A stretch of 63,077 nucleotides of DNA, filler included, from Reticulomyxa filosa (Eukaryota; Protista; Foraminifera), in NCBI GenBank assembly GCA_000512085.1. It is 21 parts of 21 records of this genome, joined end to end, with 100 filler letters (N's around TTAATTAATTAA, not from the genome) between each part and the next. Parts side by side here need not be neighbours in the genome. Positions count along the whole stretch, not along the records: positions 47,289 to 53,840 come from ASPP01001077.1; positions 53,941 to 61,774 come from ASPP01005195.1; positions 61,875 to 63,077 come from ASPP01005808.1; 18 more parts are not named here. One strand, 5' to 3'. Shown one piece after another: positions 51,968 to 63,077 of this stretch. The notes beneath the pieces are model-generated. The model saw nothing but the letters and a program-made list of their open reading frames with translations, did not search any database and was not told the origin of the DNA. Made by a program: the position numbers and the translations under genes. Every line of letters starts with the position of its first letter. Position 1 is the first letter of the stretch.

Positions 51968-53840
51968 TTAATGACGTTTGCAAAGATATTGTTTGTTGGA
52001 CAAAACACCAAATGTAATTAGCAACTCCATCAAATTTTCCAATGAAAAGTTCCAATCTTCAGCTTCTTTTACTTGAGAATCTTCAAAAAGTCCTCCTACA
52101 ATTACTAAGTTTTGTTCATTTTCTTTTTTTATATGTGGCATTAGACCAAAATAGTATACTTGATATTTATTTTTAAATTCTTTAATTTGTTTTATTGTTT
52201 TATTTTTTTGCTCTTTCAATTTACTAATTGCATTATATGGATTTGAAATTTCTTTTTTAAATAGTTGTTTAATGATATTCCAATTGATTGACCATGGTTT
52301 AGTTTTAATTATTTCAGAATCAATTTTTTGTTTCATAAGTTCTATCATGTTATCCCATGCAAATCCTTTTACATCTGCAATTGCAATAATATTTGGGGAA
52401 AGACAAAACAATAAATCAAATCCTTCATTTGTATTTGAAAATTGATAAGCTCCAAATTCAATATTTGTTTTTCCTTTCTTCCATTCCTTAAAAGGTTGAT
52501 TAATTTTATAATACCTTCCATTAGATTCATCCAAAGTCATATTTATTTTCTTCCATTCATTTTTAGTTCCAAATATTTGTTGAAATAATTTGACATCGTT
52601 ATTTATATTATTTTTGGAAAGAATATATTGAGCACGAATTCGAAAAAGAAAATTCCATAAATACAAATCTTCAAATGATGATGATGTTAGCATTTGGCAT
52701 GCATTAATCATTTTCTTAACACAGTACAATATACTGTGTTCATCAACAGCTTCTAACGCAAGTGATATCACAGCTAATGGATGTACAAAGCATTTTATTT
52801 TATCTTCTTCTACATAGTTCTGTTTTGTAAGAACCATACCTTTCTGAATTAATGTTTTCCATGTATCGTGCATTGTCACTTTTGAAAGTAATTGTACTTT
52901 CTTATTTAAAATAGTATGAGCTAAAACTATTTCTAAACATTTACTATTTTGTAATGATCGAATGTATGATGCAATTGGTGTCCATATCTTCCATGTGCTT
53001 GCAAATATTTGTAGTGCATTGTTAAATTGTTCATTTTGTACTATTTCTTGAAAATCTTGTACTTTTAACATATCTATTAACTTAAAATATGATCGTGTAT
53101 GTTGTCCACATAATGTTAAAAGTTTGTATAATGTAATTGATCTTTTGTCTTTGTCAATTTTATTCCATAAATTCTTTACTAAGTTTATTCCAGATAAATA
53201 TAAGCAATTCAATGATATTACTGACTTAGTTTTAATTTCACCTTCAGAATATCTAGTTGTAGTCAATATTGATGGAAAAGATATATTACATTTAATGAAC
53301 GAAAAATACTGTTCCTATTTTATATGTTTAATTTATGTATTAAATATATAAATTATATTTTAAAAAAAACAAGTAACTTCAAGATTTTCCCATCTAGTTG
53401 TATCATCAATTGCTATAATTAAATGATCATATTTGTCTTTTAATTCATCCCAAATCTGTGTTAATACATATTTCGTAGTAATATGAACATACTGCTTTAA
53501 GATATTGTAAATTTTAACAAAATTATATTTTAGTTCACGTGAAGTTTTTTCACTACCTCTGCTAATCATTTGTGGTGATTTATTATCTTGTTTTTCTTTT
53601 TCTTCTTCTTCATTAGATATTTTCAAATAATATTTATATAATAATCTTATAGCTGTTTCAATGTCGAATTCAGCATATTGCGCTTGATCTAACAACATTT
53701 CATCATTAAATGTGATTCCAAGGAAATAATAATTTTTGAACTCATTTCTAACAATAAAGTTTAAAAAATGATCGACAAAATGTGATTTTCCAACGCCATT
53801 ACTTCCGAATACACATAATCTCATATCAATATCTGAACGT
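51968..53840 (-). CDS. P-loop NTPase plus PD-(D/E)xK nuclease-like protein (Crinkler/RHS 'CR' effector architecture), 5' truncated
   Basis: Exons 53840-53378 and 53314-51968 splice in frame. Walker A GSNGVGKS; GITFN..ETAIRLLYKYY; Walker B LIIAIDD; CGQHTRS (GHPR-like); C-terminal NTNEGFDLL..IAIADVK. No internal stops. Confidence 0.65.
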
Positions 53841-54000
53841 NNNNNNNNNNNNNNNNNNNNNNNNNNNNNNNNNNNNNNNNNNNNTTAATTAATTAANNNN
53901 NNNNNNNNNNNNNNNNNNNNNNNNNNNNNNNNNNNNNNNNGGGGGAGGAAAAAAATTAAAAATTGCAACAAGTTTAAAAAAAATTTATATATACGTAGAC

Positions 54001-54499
54001 GACTATGGCATGGAATAGATCAGCACAAAACGCCAAAATCAAAGCGATCGAGGAAAACGGACACTGGACTCGCAAGGCGTCGATCGACTTTTGGATGTAT
54101 CGATTGATTCCGGTAATAGTCAAATTGGCTTCGCGATCACATGGACATGTTTTGTTATGATTCGGTTCCGATTCCCAATACGACACAATGCACGGCTTAC
54201 AAAACAAATGACCCTCATCACACGTTAAGGCACATCCATCACGGATTATCCCAAGACAACTTCAATGTGTTGGTTGTTGTTTGTTCGTCAATTCGTTTAA
54301 TGCACAAAAATGTTTTTTTTCTTTGTCTTAACATTGGACAAGTGAAATAGCGAGCTGCCGCATTCCTGTCTCCCTCTTCTATCACTAGTTGAGGATCATA
54401 GGCAAATTTCAAATATCTATAGCTTTGAACAAAAGGATTACGGTTAAGATGATCTTTTGAGATTGCCACTACTTGTGATTCTTGTTGTTGCGGAAACAT
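54001..54499 (-). CDS. RING-HC (C3HC4) zinc-finger protein, TRAF-like N-terminus, 3' truncated
   Basis: Exon 54499-54333 plus exon from 54259 give FTCPICLGIIRDGCALTCDEGHLFCKPCI..TCPCDR..NRYIQKSIDALRVQCP. Confidence 0.8.
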
Positions 54500-54707
54500 G
54501 TGATATGTGATATTATAATACTATCTTTTCAATTCTTATTTTTAAAACTAAAGAGTTCGCTTTTCTTGGAAACTTATGGAAAGAAATGTTTGATATTTCT
54601 TATTGGCTACAAACGGACACTTATATACTTATAAAAAAATACTATTTTTTTGTTATCAATAAGGAACAACTTAAAAATATCCAAAATAAAGGTTAAATAA
54701 AACGTTT

Positions 54708-57700
54708 TTAAGTATTGCTTTCAAATTTGGAAAGTTTTTGAGTTAATTGTGACACTAATTCTCGATAATGTTTCTCTTGAGATTTTAGGTTTTCGATCTA
54801 ATTGGTGAAATAAAAAAATGTTGTGCACATAATTTACAGTAAAAAAAAAAAGCAATACCTCATCAAAAAATGACACATCGAACGCAGACAGCTCACGCCT
54901 TAATTCTTGATTTTCTTTGAGTAACGATTCCATGTCAACTTTAAGTTTTGTTATTTGATTATTTTGATCCGCAGTTGTTGTTACCGTAGTTGTTGTTGCT
55001 GCTGTTGTTATTGTTTCGTTATCTTTTCGACTTTGCAAGGATTTGATCATCAATTCTTGATGTTTGATTAAATCTAATAAGGCTTTCATTTCTTGTGCCA
55101 TTTTGCTGTGCAACAATTGCTTATTTTGCATTTGTTGGGAAATCTGGACATTGGCATCATGTAATTTTTTTTATCTTGTTTCAAATTGATTAGTTCTTGT
55201 GTTAACGCAGTTTCTTTTTCATGAAATAACTGGCTCCGTTCTTTTTCGAGTGCCTCTGTTTTGCCTTTTAGTGCATTGAATTCATCAAAAAGTTTTTTGT
55301 AATTATCTTGTTCTTTTTTGATTTGCCTTTGCTGTGACTTATTTAATTGTGATAATCGACGTAATTCGGATTCAATCAAAGTTTTATTTTTCTCACTGTT
55401 GTCATCCTAGGCAATGTATCACCATTGCTATTTTTTTTTTTAATTTGGCTTGCAAATTCTCAATTTCTTGCTTCAAAAATTTATTTTGTCTCATTAAATT
55501 TGATATTTGTGGTTTTTTTAGTGACTCTATCTCTTCTTTCAGTGCTTTGTTCTCATTTTTCAACCGGTCAATTTTTGTGTCTCTTTCTTTTATTACGTCG
55601 TCGTCTGTTTTGTTTTTTTCGTTTTTATTAACATTTGGATCTAGTGAAAGAGGACGCGAGTTAAGAGTTTCTAATAATTTGAAATGTTCGTTTTTAAGTT
55701 TTGATGTTGTGATTGCAGGTCATCAAATTGCTTTTTTAATGTTGTCCATTGTTTTAAAACTTGGTTGACCCTTTTTGTGCTTTCTTTTCCTCTGCTGTCG
55801 GTTGTTTATTGTTTTCTTTTTCCTTTTCTTTTTTATAGTTAAGTGACAGGGTTTGAAGTTCGTTTTGTAACTGAGTGATTTGATGTTGATGCGATTTTGC
55901 AATTTGCGAATGTTTTTCTTGCAAAAGCATTTTCTCTTTTTGCAATTTGGAGATATGGCATTGTAATTTACTCACTTGCGATTGTAATGTTGTGATTTGA
56001 GATATGGCTGCTTCTTTTTGTTTTTCGTATTCTACTTTTTCTTTTTGGAGCGTATCGATTTGTTCATCTTTTTTAGCACATTGTATTTTCCAGTTTTCAT
56101 TGTTTTTTTTGTGATTCCCTTTTTTACTGTTATCACATTCATTTTTGCCATTTTCCTCATTTTTGTCTTTACTGATTTCCTTTGATTCTTTATCATAGTC
56201 ATTTGTTTTTCGTTGTGTGTTTTGATTATTGTCCGGCATATCTTTGTTGCATTCAACCGTAAGTTGTTGCTTTAGTAACAAAACAGCTTGGTGCAAGTCA
56301 TGGATTTGTTTGTTTGAATCTGCCAATTGTGTTTGCAAAGTTGTGATGGTTTCATCTTTATTTTTATCGATTGCCCTTAACTGTTCATTTTCCGATTGAA
56401 AGTGTTCCAACTCTTTTTTCAATATTGTAACACCCTGTTCTAGCTTTGCAATTTTTTCATTGCATTCGTACATTTCCTTTTCAAAAGTCTTACCAATCGT
56501 ATCACTTTCAAAAGCGAAAGCGTTGCAATCCGAGGTTGGAATAGTTTCACTCAAAAGGATTTGTTTTTGCAATTCATTTATTTGCTGGGTATACTGTAAC
56601 TGCTGTCCATGAAATTTGTCCATCCATTTTTCTAACAAAGATTTGAAGCCTTCAATGGTTGTGCTTTTTTGTCCAATCAGTGTTTGTAAACTGTGAATGG
56701 CATATTGTTGAGCTTTATTTATATTTGTGGAATGAATCATTTGCAATGTATTTGTTTCGCTACTCTCTTTATCTTCTTTATTCTCTTTATCTTCTTTATT
56801 CTCTTTACCTTCTTCATTTTCTTTATGTTTATGATATTCCAATGAAGCCAGTGCTGTGCCAATTGAAGTTAAAGCCTCAGTTTGTACAAAAGCGTGACAT
56901 TGTTGCAAAGGTGGTTTTGCACTGCAGTGTTCGGGTGTCTGGGGCAAGGACTGACTGGCTCTTTCTTGCGCAAGTGCAAGACTATTGACCAACTTTTCAA
57001 CTTGTATACGTAAAAACTCAATTTCACTTTGCAAAATAATATTTTGATTTTCGAGTTTGGCGTTGTAAATTTGATTTTGAGTGCATTGTTTTTGCCAAAA
57101 GAGTAGTTTTGTAGAAAAATCTTGATTTGTATATGTTTTATTTTGAAAGAAGTCAGTTGTAAGTGTACGTAAGTGCTCTACTTCAATTTGTAAGGACTGT
57201 GTCTCATGTTTCATATTTGACATTTGTGTATTGTAATACAAGCATTTTTTGGACTGTGTCAATACTTTTTCATACAACTGTTCATTCAATTCACGTACAC
57301 GTGAAAGCTCCTCATTGTAGTTGGCAGTCATTTGCTGCAAACAGTTGGAGTACGTACAAGTGGCACTGTTTTCCAATTGTCTTTTGCTTTGTTCCAATTG
57401 AAGCACTTGCAAATGCAAATCTGTTATTTCCTGTTTTAACTTCAAACATTTGATGTGTTGCATGTCCTTGACTGTGGTGTCTACCGAAGATAACGAATAT
57501 GTAATATCCGACTTATCATCCTTCTTTTCATTAGATGGAGCCAATAGCATCTTTATCCAAGATTGCAAACTTGCAATTTGATTCAAAGAATATTCTGCCT
57601 TGTGTTTATACAGCGTGCACTCTTTTTCACATTGCTGCCATTGCATAGAGGACTGCCTCTTCTTTTCCATGTCGCATTCTTGCACTTGCGTTTGCAACTG

Positions 57701-60050
57701 TGCAATTTCTTGCAATTGCTGTGACGACTGCGCTTGTAAGTCATTAATGACATGATGAAACGCCAATATTTGCGTTTTGAACTCGGCTATATGCTGGTTC
57801 ACTGCCTCTGACTTTTTGGAGAATGTCGTGGATTGTATATCGAAATGACGCTGGTGAATGTCAAACCATTCCATATGACGTATTTGATAAAAGTCCACCA
57901 GTTTTGCCAATTGTCCTCGTTCCTTGCTTACTTCTTGCAATTGGTGTTGCAGCTTATTGTAGGCATGCACGGGCACCATTGTTTTCATATCGCTCATTAC
58001 TGACTCCAAACTTGCCATCAATGCATCTCGTTGATCTTCCAACATTACAATTTGCTGATACAAATTATCTTCAGTAGACAAATGATGACATACAAAATTG
58101 TTCAGCATACTTTGTATATCTTCATACAACTGGTTTTGTTGGACATACTTTTTCGCCAACTTTTTTTCATTTGCTAAAAGTATCGTATTTTCGCGGATCA
58201 CTGAATTGATCTTTTGCATTAGTACTGACTCACTCTGTTCTTCAAGCTTCTCCTCTTTTGTCCATTTCGAGCCTTTTTCATATGCTTGCATTTGAGCTAT
58301 TTGATCCTGCAAACTATCAACTTCTTTTTCTAACTCCAGGTTTGTGTTCTCGTAATACTGAATAGTCGCACACAGTCTTTCTACCAAGTGCAAGGCGTGT
58401 GCCATTTGAGTAGAGTGTGCCATTATTTTGCTATTCATTTGGTCAATTGCATATTGCGTTGCCAGCATTTCGGTCATTGATGCTTTTACCATTCCTAATA
58501 ACTCTTTTCTACCAATTGTGTTTTCTTCGTTTATTTCAAACAGTTGGTCTTTGTATCTGAATCAATTCGGGAGAAAAAAAAAAAAAAAATGGATTAATCA
58601 ATTCAAAACAAAACAAAACAAAAAATTGTATACGTATATATATATATGTATGTATGTATACGTAGGGAATTGTTCATGGAAAGTGCTGGGAACATGATTC
58701 GTTTGAGTCGCAGAATCTTGCATTTGTTGTGACAATGTTGGTACATTTTCCGATTTGGCTTGCTTTTGGATTTCCACGATTTGCGAGACTAGTCGCTCCC
58801 TCCATTCTTTTAGACTTGCATTTTCATGCCAATTGAATAGCTTTTGCTTTCCATTCTTCCTCGTCATTGCTTTTCGTATATTCTTCCTTATTTGCTGCTT
58901 TTGTACGTAATTCGTGTAACGTACTCAGCAACTCGAGTTTTTCGCGTTCCAATTTTTCATTTTGTTGCACACTTTGCTCAACTTGGATATGCAAACCGGA
59001 GGCAATTGTTGACGATTTGTCGATTGGCTCCACATCTACTTTCGACTCACATTTTGAGATACATCCGCATATGCACATTAGTGGTATGCTCTGACTTGAG
59101 GAACGGTGATGATTGTAAACAGATAGTTCTTTGGTCAGTTGTTTAGTTTGCTCATTTAATTGCTTGACTTTCAATTGCTCGGTTTGCAGATCACGGATGC
59201 ATTGCTCCATATTATATCCTTTCAATAGTGCAAGATTCAATTGCTCCATATCATTGTATTTGACTTGTACGGCCTCCGTTTGTTTCTGTGTATCCTCCAA
59301 TTTTAGCTTATACGTATTTAATTCAGTACGTACCTCTTCCAATTGCATTTTCATTTGCTGTCTTTCCAATGATTGATTATGCTCTTTGTTTTGTTTTTCA
59401 GCTTCAAATAATTCCAATACATGCATATATTTGTCTCTTATACTTTGATAATCAACTGTAATCACTTGTAATTCGTTCAATAATTGCTTGTTTTTTTGCT
59501 GAAGTATTTCAAGATCTTTTACTGCATCCTGATTTTTTAACTGTGCAATCATTTTTTCTTTTTCTTGCACAGACTCTACTATCATATCATACTCATCACT
59601 CTTTTTTTTACACAAGTTTTGATATTTTTTTGAACACTCCATCTCTTTTTTTAATTCTTCAGTAAATTGTTCCTTTTGCCGACTGATCAAAGTCATATAT
59701 TCTTGCTGTTCTTGTTTTTGAAATGCTATAATTTCTTTCAACCTTGTATTCTCTATGATTATATCTTGTTGTTCTTTACATTGTTTGGCCCAATCAGATT
59801 GCTGGCTTTCCATTATCTCTAATTTTGTAACTAGTTCATGATTTTGCTCAAGTAGTTTGGTTAGTTCTTTATGAAACTTTCCTTCATTTCTTTGTTCTTC
59901 GAGTGCTTGGATTTGAGTGTCTTTTTCGGAGATTACTGTTTTTAAGTGACCAAGTTCAGACTGAAGTTCTGCAATGGCTCGATTTTGTAACAAATGAAAG
60001 GTTTGATCTAATTGTGACTGTTGTTGAGGCGCTTGAAAGCCGCCATACAT
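54708..60050 (-). CDS. CEP290: Centrosomal / ciliary transition-zone coiled-coil protein CEP290 (several apparent frameshifts)
   Basis: Long coiled coil with CEP290-like landmarks: GYNMEQCIRDL..KQLTKELS, KLEREKLEL, LLANEKKLAKKY, and a spliced C-terminal ELSAFDVSFFDE|IENLK (compare ELENFDPSFFEEIEDLK). ATG at 60050, TAA at 54708-54710. Confidence 0.72.
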
Positions 60051-61424
60051 TTTTTTTAAGGAGGCAACGCCAAATAGAAGGGAGAAAAAAGGGACTAACG
60101 TAACTCGACTCAACAACGAGATTATTGAAATGTTTACTTCAAAGAATAAAGATGCGTTATTTACCTTAAGTTGTAAAAGCACTAAAAATTTGTCATCACT
60201 ACAATAGATAATTTCTGATATGTGTGCATTTTTGTTGGAATATCCTCTCTTAGAAGTATGACGTAAGAGATATACATCACAGTTGCAACTTTTTCCTAAA
60301 GATTAACTTTGAATCAACAACTCATGTATAAACTTTAGTTTTCAAAAAAAATGGCACACATATAATGCCACTTTATGAAGATAAAAAATAGTGTTTATTT
60401 TTTTGCTTTTAAAAAATTTTTTTCTTTTTTTTGTGTTTTTACATCAATTGAACAAAATTAAAAGACTCAACACGCACGTTGTGTTTAGTGTATTATCAAA
60501 AAGAGTGTTATATTAAAAATAATTGAAAAAAGTAACTGTTTCAACAAAATTAAAAAATTACATGCCTAGTTTCATTTCATTATTAGAAGCATTGCCAATA
60601 CGATAAAGTTTGTAAATTACTGTAGGTAAGATTGGGCAATAAAGAAAGCTATTATTTCAAATTTTAGAACAATAGCAATTTTTAACATATTCACATGAAC
60701 TAAATGTTCTGCAAAACAATAAACAGTTGAAATTTTCATAATGACAATGAAAGGAAAGATTGATCATTTTCCTTCAAAATTTACAAACCATGTGAAAAAA
60801 TAAAATTATTGTCCCATTTATTTATAATTGGACTATTTTAGGAAAAATAATGAAAAATTATGTTTGTCACGAGATGTGAGGTCGTGAATACGTCCAATTC
60901 TAATTGTTCCACAAGAATTTTTTTAAAAAGAAAAACAGAAACGTCAAAACAAAAAAAAGTGCTAACTTCGTTGAGCAACTTTTTATTTATCCAAACAACG
61001 AAAATACAAACACATCAAAAACACATTGACAAAAAAATCTTAAAAAAAAAAATCACAAAAGAAAGAATTAATGAATGGAAGCAAAAAAAAAAAACAAATA
61101 AAAATAAATAAAAATAAAAAATTGGAGATACGTTGTAGTCTAAACTAAAATGATTGAATTGTCTACTTTTTTTTAAATTATTGTTTTCAATGCGATCATG
61201 CAAAATTATTGTCAAATGATTAGGACTTCTAACAAGCACCAAACAAATGCATCATAACCTGGGTTTTTTTTTTACACAACAGCAAAAAAAAATCGAGGTG
61301 CGAAAATTCGAATTAAAAAAGAAAAAGAAAAAAAGCAATATACAATACAAAAAACAAAAACAAAAACAAAAAAAAAAAAAAGAGATGTATTTATTTGGTG
61401 TATTTGAGGCAAGAGCAAAAAAGA

Positions 61425-61741
61425 TTAGTTTTGTGAATTGGCCTGAAACACGGAATTGATGTGATCAAAATCATCAAGACTTTTTGCGTCTTCGACACAA
61501 CGGAACATGTGATTGACAAATTCTTGGTACTTGACAAAGAAGGTACAATCGAACCCCTGTGCCGGGCGGTAATACAAGCCATGTAACAGTTTGGGATATC
61601 CAATGGTATCTTGAATGACATTGCAAAGTTCGTTCAAGTCTTTGAAATAGACTTCTTTGATCGGGTCTATTTTCCGTCGCTGATTGTGTTGATGAGCATT
61701 ATCGTCGTCATCATTGTGTCCATTGTTATTATTTTTATTAC

Positions 61742-61774
<33 letters not shown>
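61425..61774 (-). CDS. C-terminal fragment of a hypothetical protein after a poly-Asn tract
   Basis: Open frame from the (AAT)n contig edge: NNN..DDDNAHQH..KEVYFKDLNELCNVIQDTIGYPKLLHGLYYRP..SQN*. Confidence 0.5.
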
Positions 61775-61874
61775 NNNNNNNNNNNNNNNNNNNNNNNNNN
61801 NNNNNNNNNNNNNNNNNNTTAATTAATTAANNNNNNNNNNNNNNNNNNNNNNNNNNNNNNNNNNNNNNNNNNNN

Positions 61875-62767
61875 GAGCCCCGATATCGGGCTTGGGCATG
61901 CCTGATATCGGGGTTTGGTACTAGGATTGGCGGGGGCTTTGGCGACGGCATCTGTTGTGCGGCTTCTTTCAGGATTTTTCGCGTCGTATCGTCCCCAACC
62001 GATACTCCAGCCTTATCAAGGCCATCGGTGATGAACTTAAGCCCATCAATCCTTTCACCATGAATACCCACGCCACATATTGATGCCATACCGGCAACAA
62101 GTTTCAGCATGGTTGTCCTGCCTTTGCCTTGCAGCAAATCGGCCTCGGCTTTTTGCAAAGCAGCCTTGCTTTGTGTGGCCTCCTTCTTGGCGCTGACGAG
62201 CTCCTCGGTTAAACCTTGCTGCTCATGGCGCAGCTTGTCACGTTCAGCTGTGATGATTGCCAGCTCTTGCGCTAGTTGCTCGGCTTTTAGTTCGGCTTCG
62301 GCCAGACGCTGGGCCAGATTGGCAGCATCAGTAGTAGCCGAAACTTGCTGCGCTGCAGGCGCTTGCCTTAATGGCCAATCAAGGCCGTGTTTCAAGCACC
62401 AATCGGTAATGGATTGACGGCTGACTCTGTGATGATTTTGTACTTGGCCGCATCCGTCCGTGTCTACCTCCAGCTCATCCGAGGCATCAATGATGGCTTT
62501 CAGCATTTCCATAACGTCAGTTGGCACATCGTCCCATCGCCAAGCATCCCACTCCCGTGGGTGGATTCCCTCGATGATGCAGGCCGCCTCCCATAGGTGG
62601 AACCACTGCCGAAAGTAAAGCCCTCGCTCCCACTGGGGCGCGGTCAGCGTTGGTGAGCCGGTGTTGCCATCGTTCAGCAGTGCCATAAATGCGGCACGAT
62701 CAAAACCATAGTTTTCAAAGGCCGGGTCGCAACCCCTGAGAAACTCAGAACGGGATGTCATCGTCAA
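61875..62767 (-). CDS. Bacterial genomic-island/prophage-type hypothetical protein (coiled coil plus C-terminal helical domain)
   Basis: Intronless, mid-to-high GC. F.LWEAACIIEGIHP motif, coiled coil, and TMLKLVAGMA..L..AGVSVGDDTTRKILKEA resemble ORFs found beside island integrases/AlpA (recall, not searched). Confidence 0.6.
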
Positions 62768-63026
62768 CCTCGGCAGCGTAGTCGTTATTTTCTACAAGTC
62801 GGTTTAACAGGCGACGTAGTTCCAGGGTGATCGTGTCGCCACTGAACATGCCTTGCGCTGGAAAATATCTATACGGCTCTAAACTCCTCCAGCCATCGTT
62901 ACAGTTCAAATTTAGTAGCAACATTTCTGCCGCACCTTGCGGTGTCTTGCCCTTGGCCTGAGCAATCAGGAATAGGGCTTCTCGCAGGCTAATAAACTTC
63001 GCCTGCTCGTCTTGTGGGTCAAGCAT
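62745..63026 (-). CDS. Bacterial hypothetical protein ending in DDDIPF (or N-terminal part of a frameshifted fusion with the downstream ORF)
   Basis: GGGAG Shine-Dalgarno just upstream of ATG 63026. FISLREALFLIAQ is HTH-like. Overlaps the downstream ORF by 23 nt. Confidence 0.6.
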   Translation of the reverse strand: MLDPQDEQAKFISLREALFLIAQAKGKTPQGAAEMLLLNLNCNDGWRSLEPYRYFPAQGMFSGDTITLELRRLLNRLVENNDYAAEVDDDIPF

Positions 63027-63077
63027 ATGCGCTCCCTTTGCGCTTCCCTGTATGGATTACCAGCACCAGGCAGGCAG

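Noticed and set aside
56762-56822. Short tandem repeat (KENKED)n in CEP290
   Set aside because: Ordinary coding slippage repeat in a low-complexity linker.
4698-61874. Regularly recurring TTAATTAATTAA palindrome flanked by Ns, superficially like a repeat array or CRISPR
   Set aside because: Identical 100-nt artificial spacer with stops in all frames; not biological. ORFs running into X residues are artefacts.
1-63077. tRNA, rRNA, CRISPR arrays, telomeric repeats
   Set aside because: None recognisable by eye; tRNAscan-SE or Infernal would be needed to exclude small RNAs.

Overview
This is not one continuous locus. It is 21 short contigs joined by 20 artificial 100-nt spacers (44 N + TTAATTAATTAA + 44 N), so adjacency across spacers means nothing. 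Nineteen contigs are AT-rich eukaryotic DNA with GT-AG introns full of (TA)n/(TATG)n and poly-A/T. The lineage-typical expanded WD40 and kelch-like families suggest a foraminiferan such as Reticulomyxa filosa (inference from recall, not a search). Recognisable eukaryotic genes or fragments: DNA pol zeta REV3 C-terminus, Miro GTPase, an MPPED-type metallophosphoesterase, a ~10-kb BEACH (WDFY3/LvsA-like) gene, CEP290, a Patched/SSD protein, a RING protein and a TPR-membrane protein. Two more stand out: an intron-containing alkylmercury-lyase (MerB)-like gene and a Crinkler/RHS-type NTPase+REase gene. There are also many decayed copies: malate dehydrogenase with its catalytic core deleted, Hsp70/BiP, WD40s, an EGF-TM protein and a LINE reverse transcriptase that the ORF track misses. 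Two contigs are bacterial: 30392-32032 (high GC; ThDP enzyme, CYTH, PLP aldolase) and 61875-63077 (genomic-island-type ORFs, one ending in an SSB-like DDDIPF tail). Many otherwise intact genes have 1-nt frameshifts, mostly in homopolymers, probably sequencing errors. Best leads: the domesticated MerB-like gene, the NTPase-REase effector-like gene, and the DDDIPF-tailed island protein.
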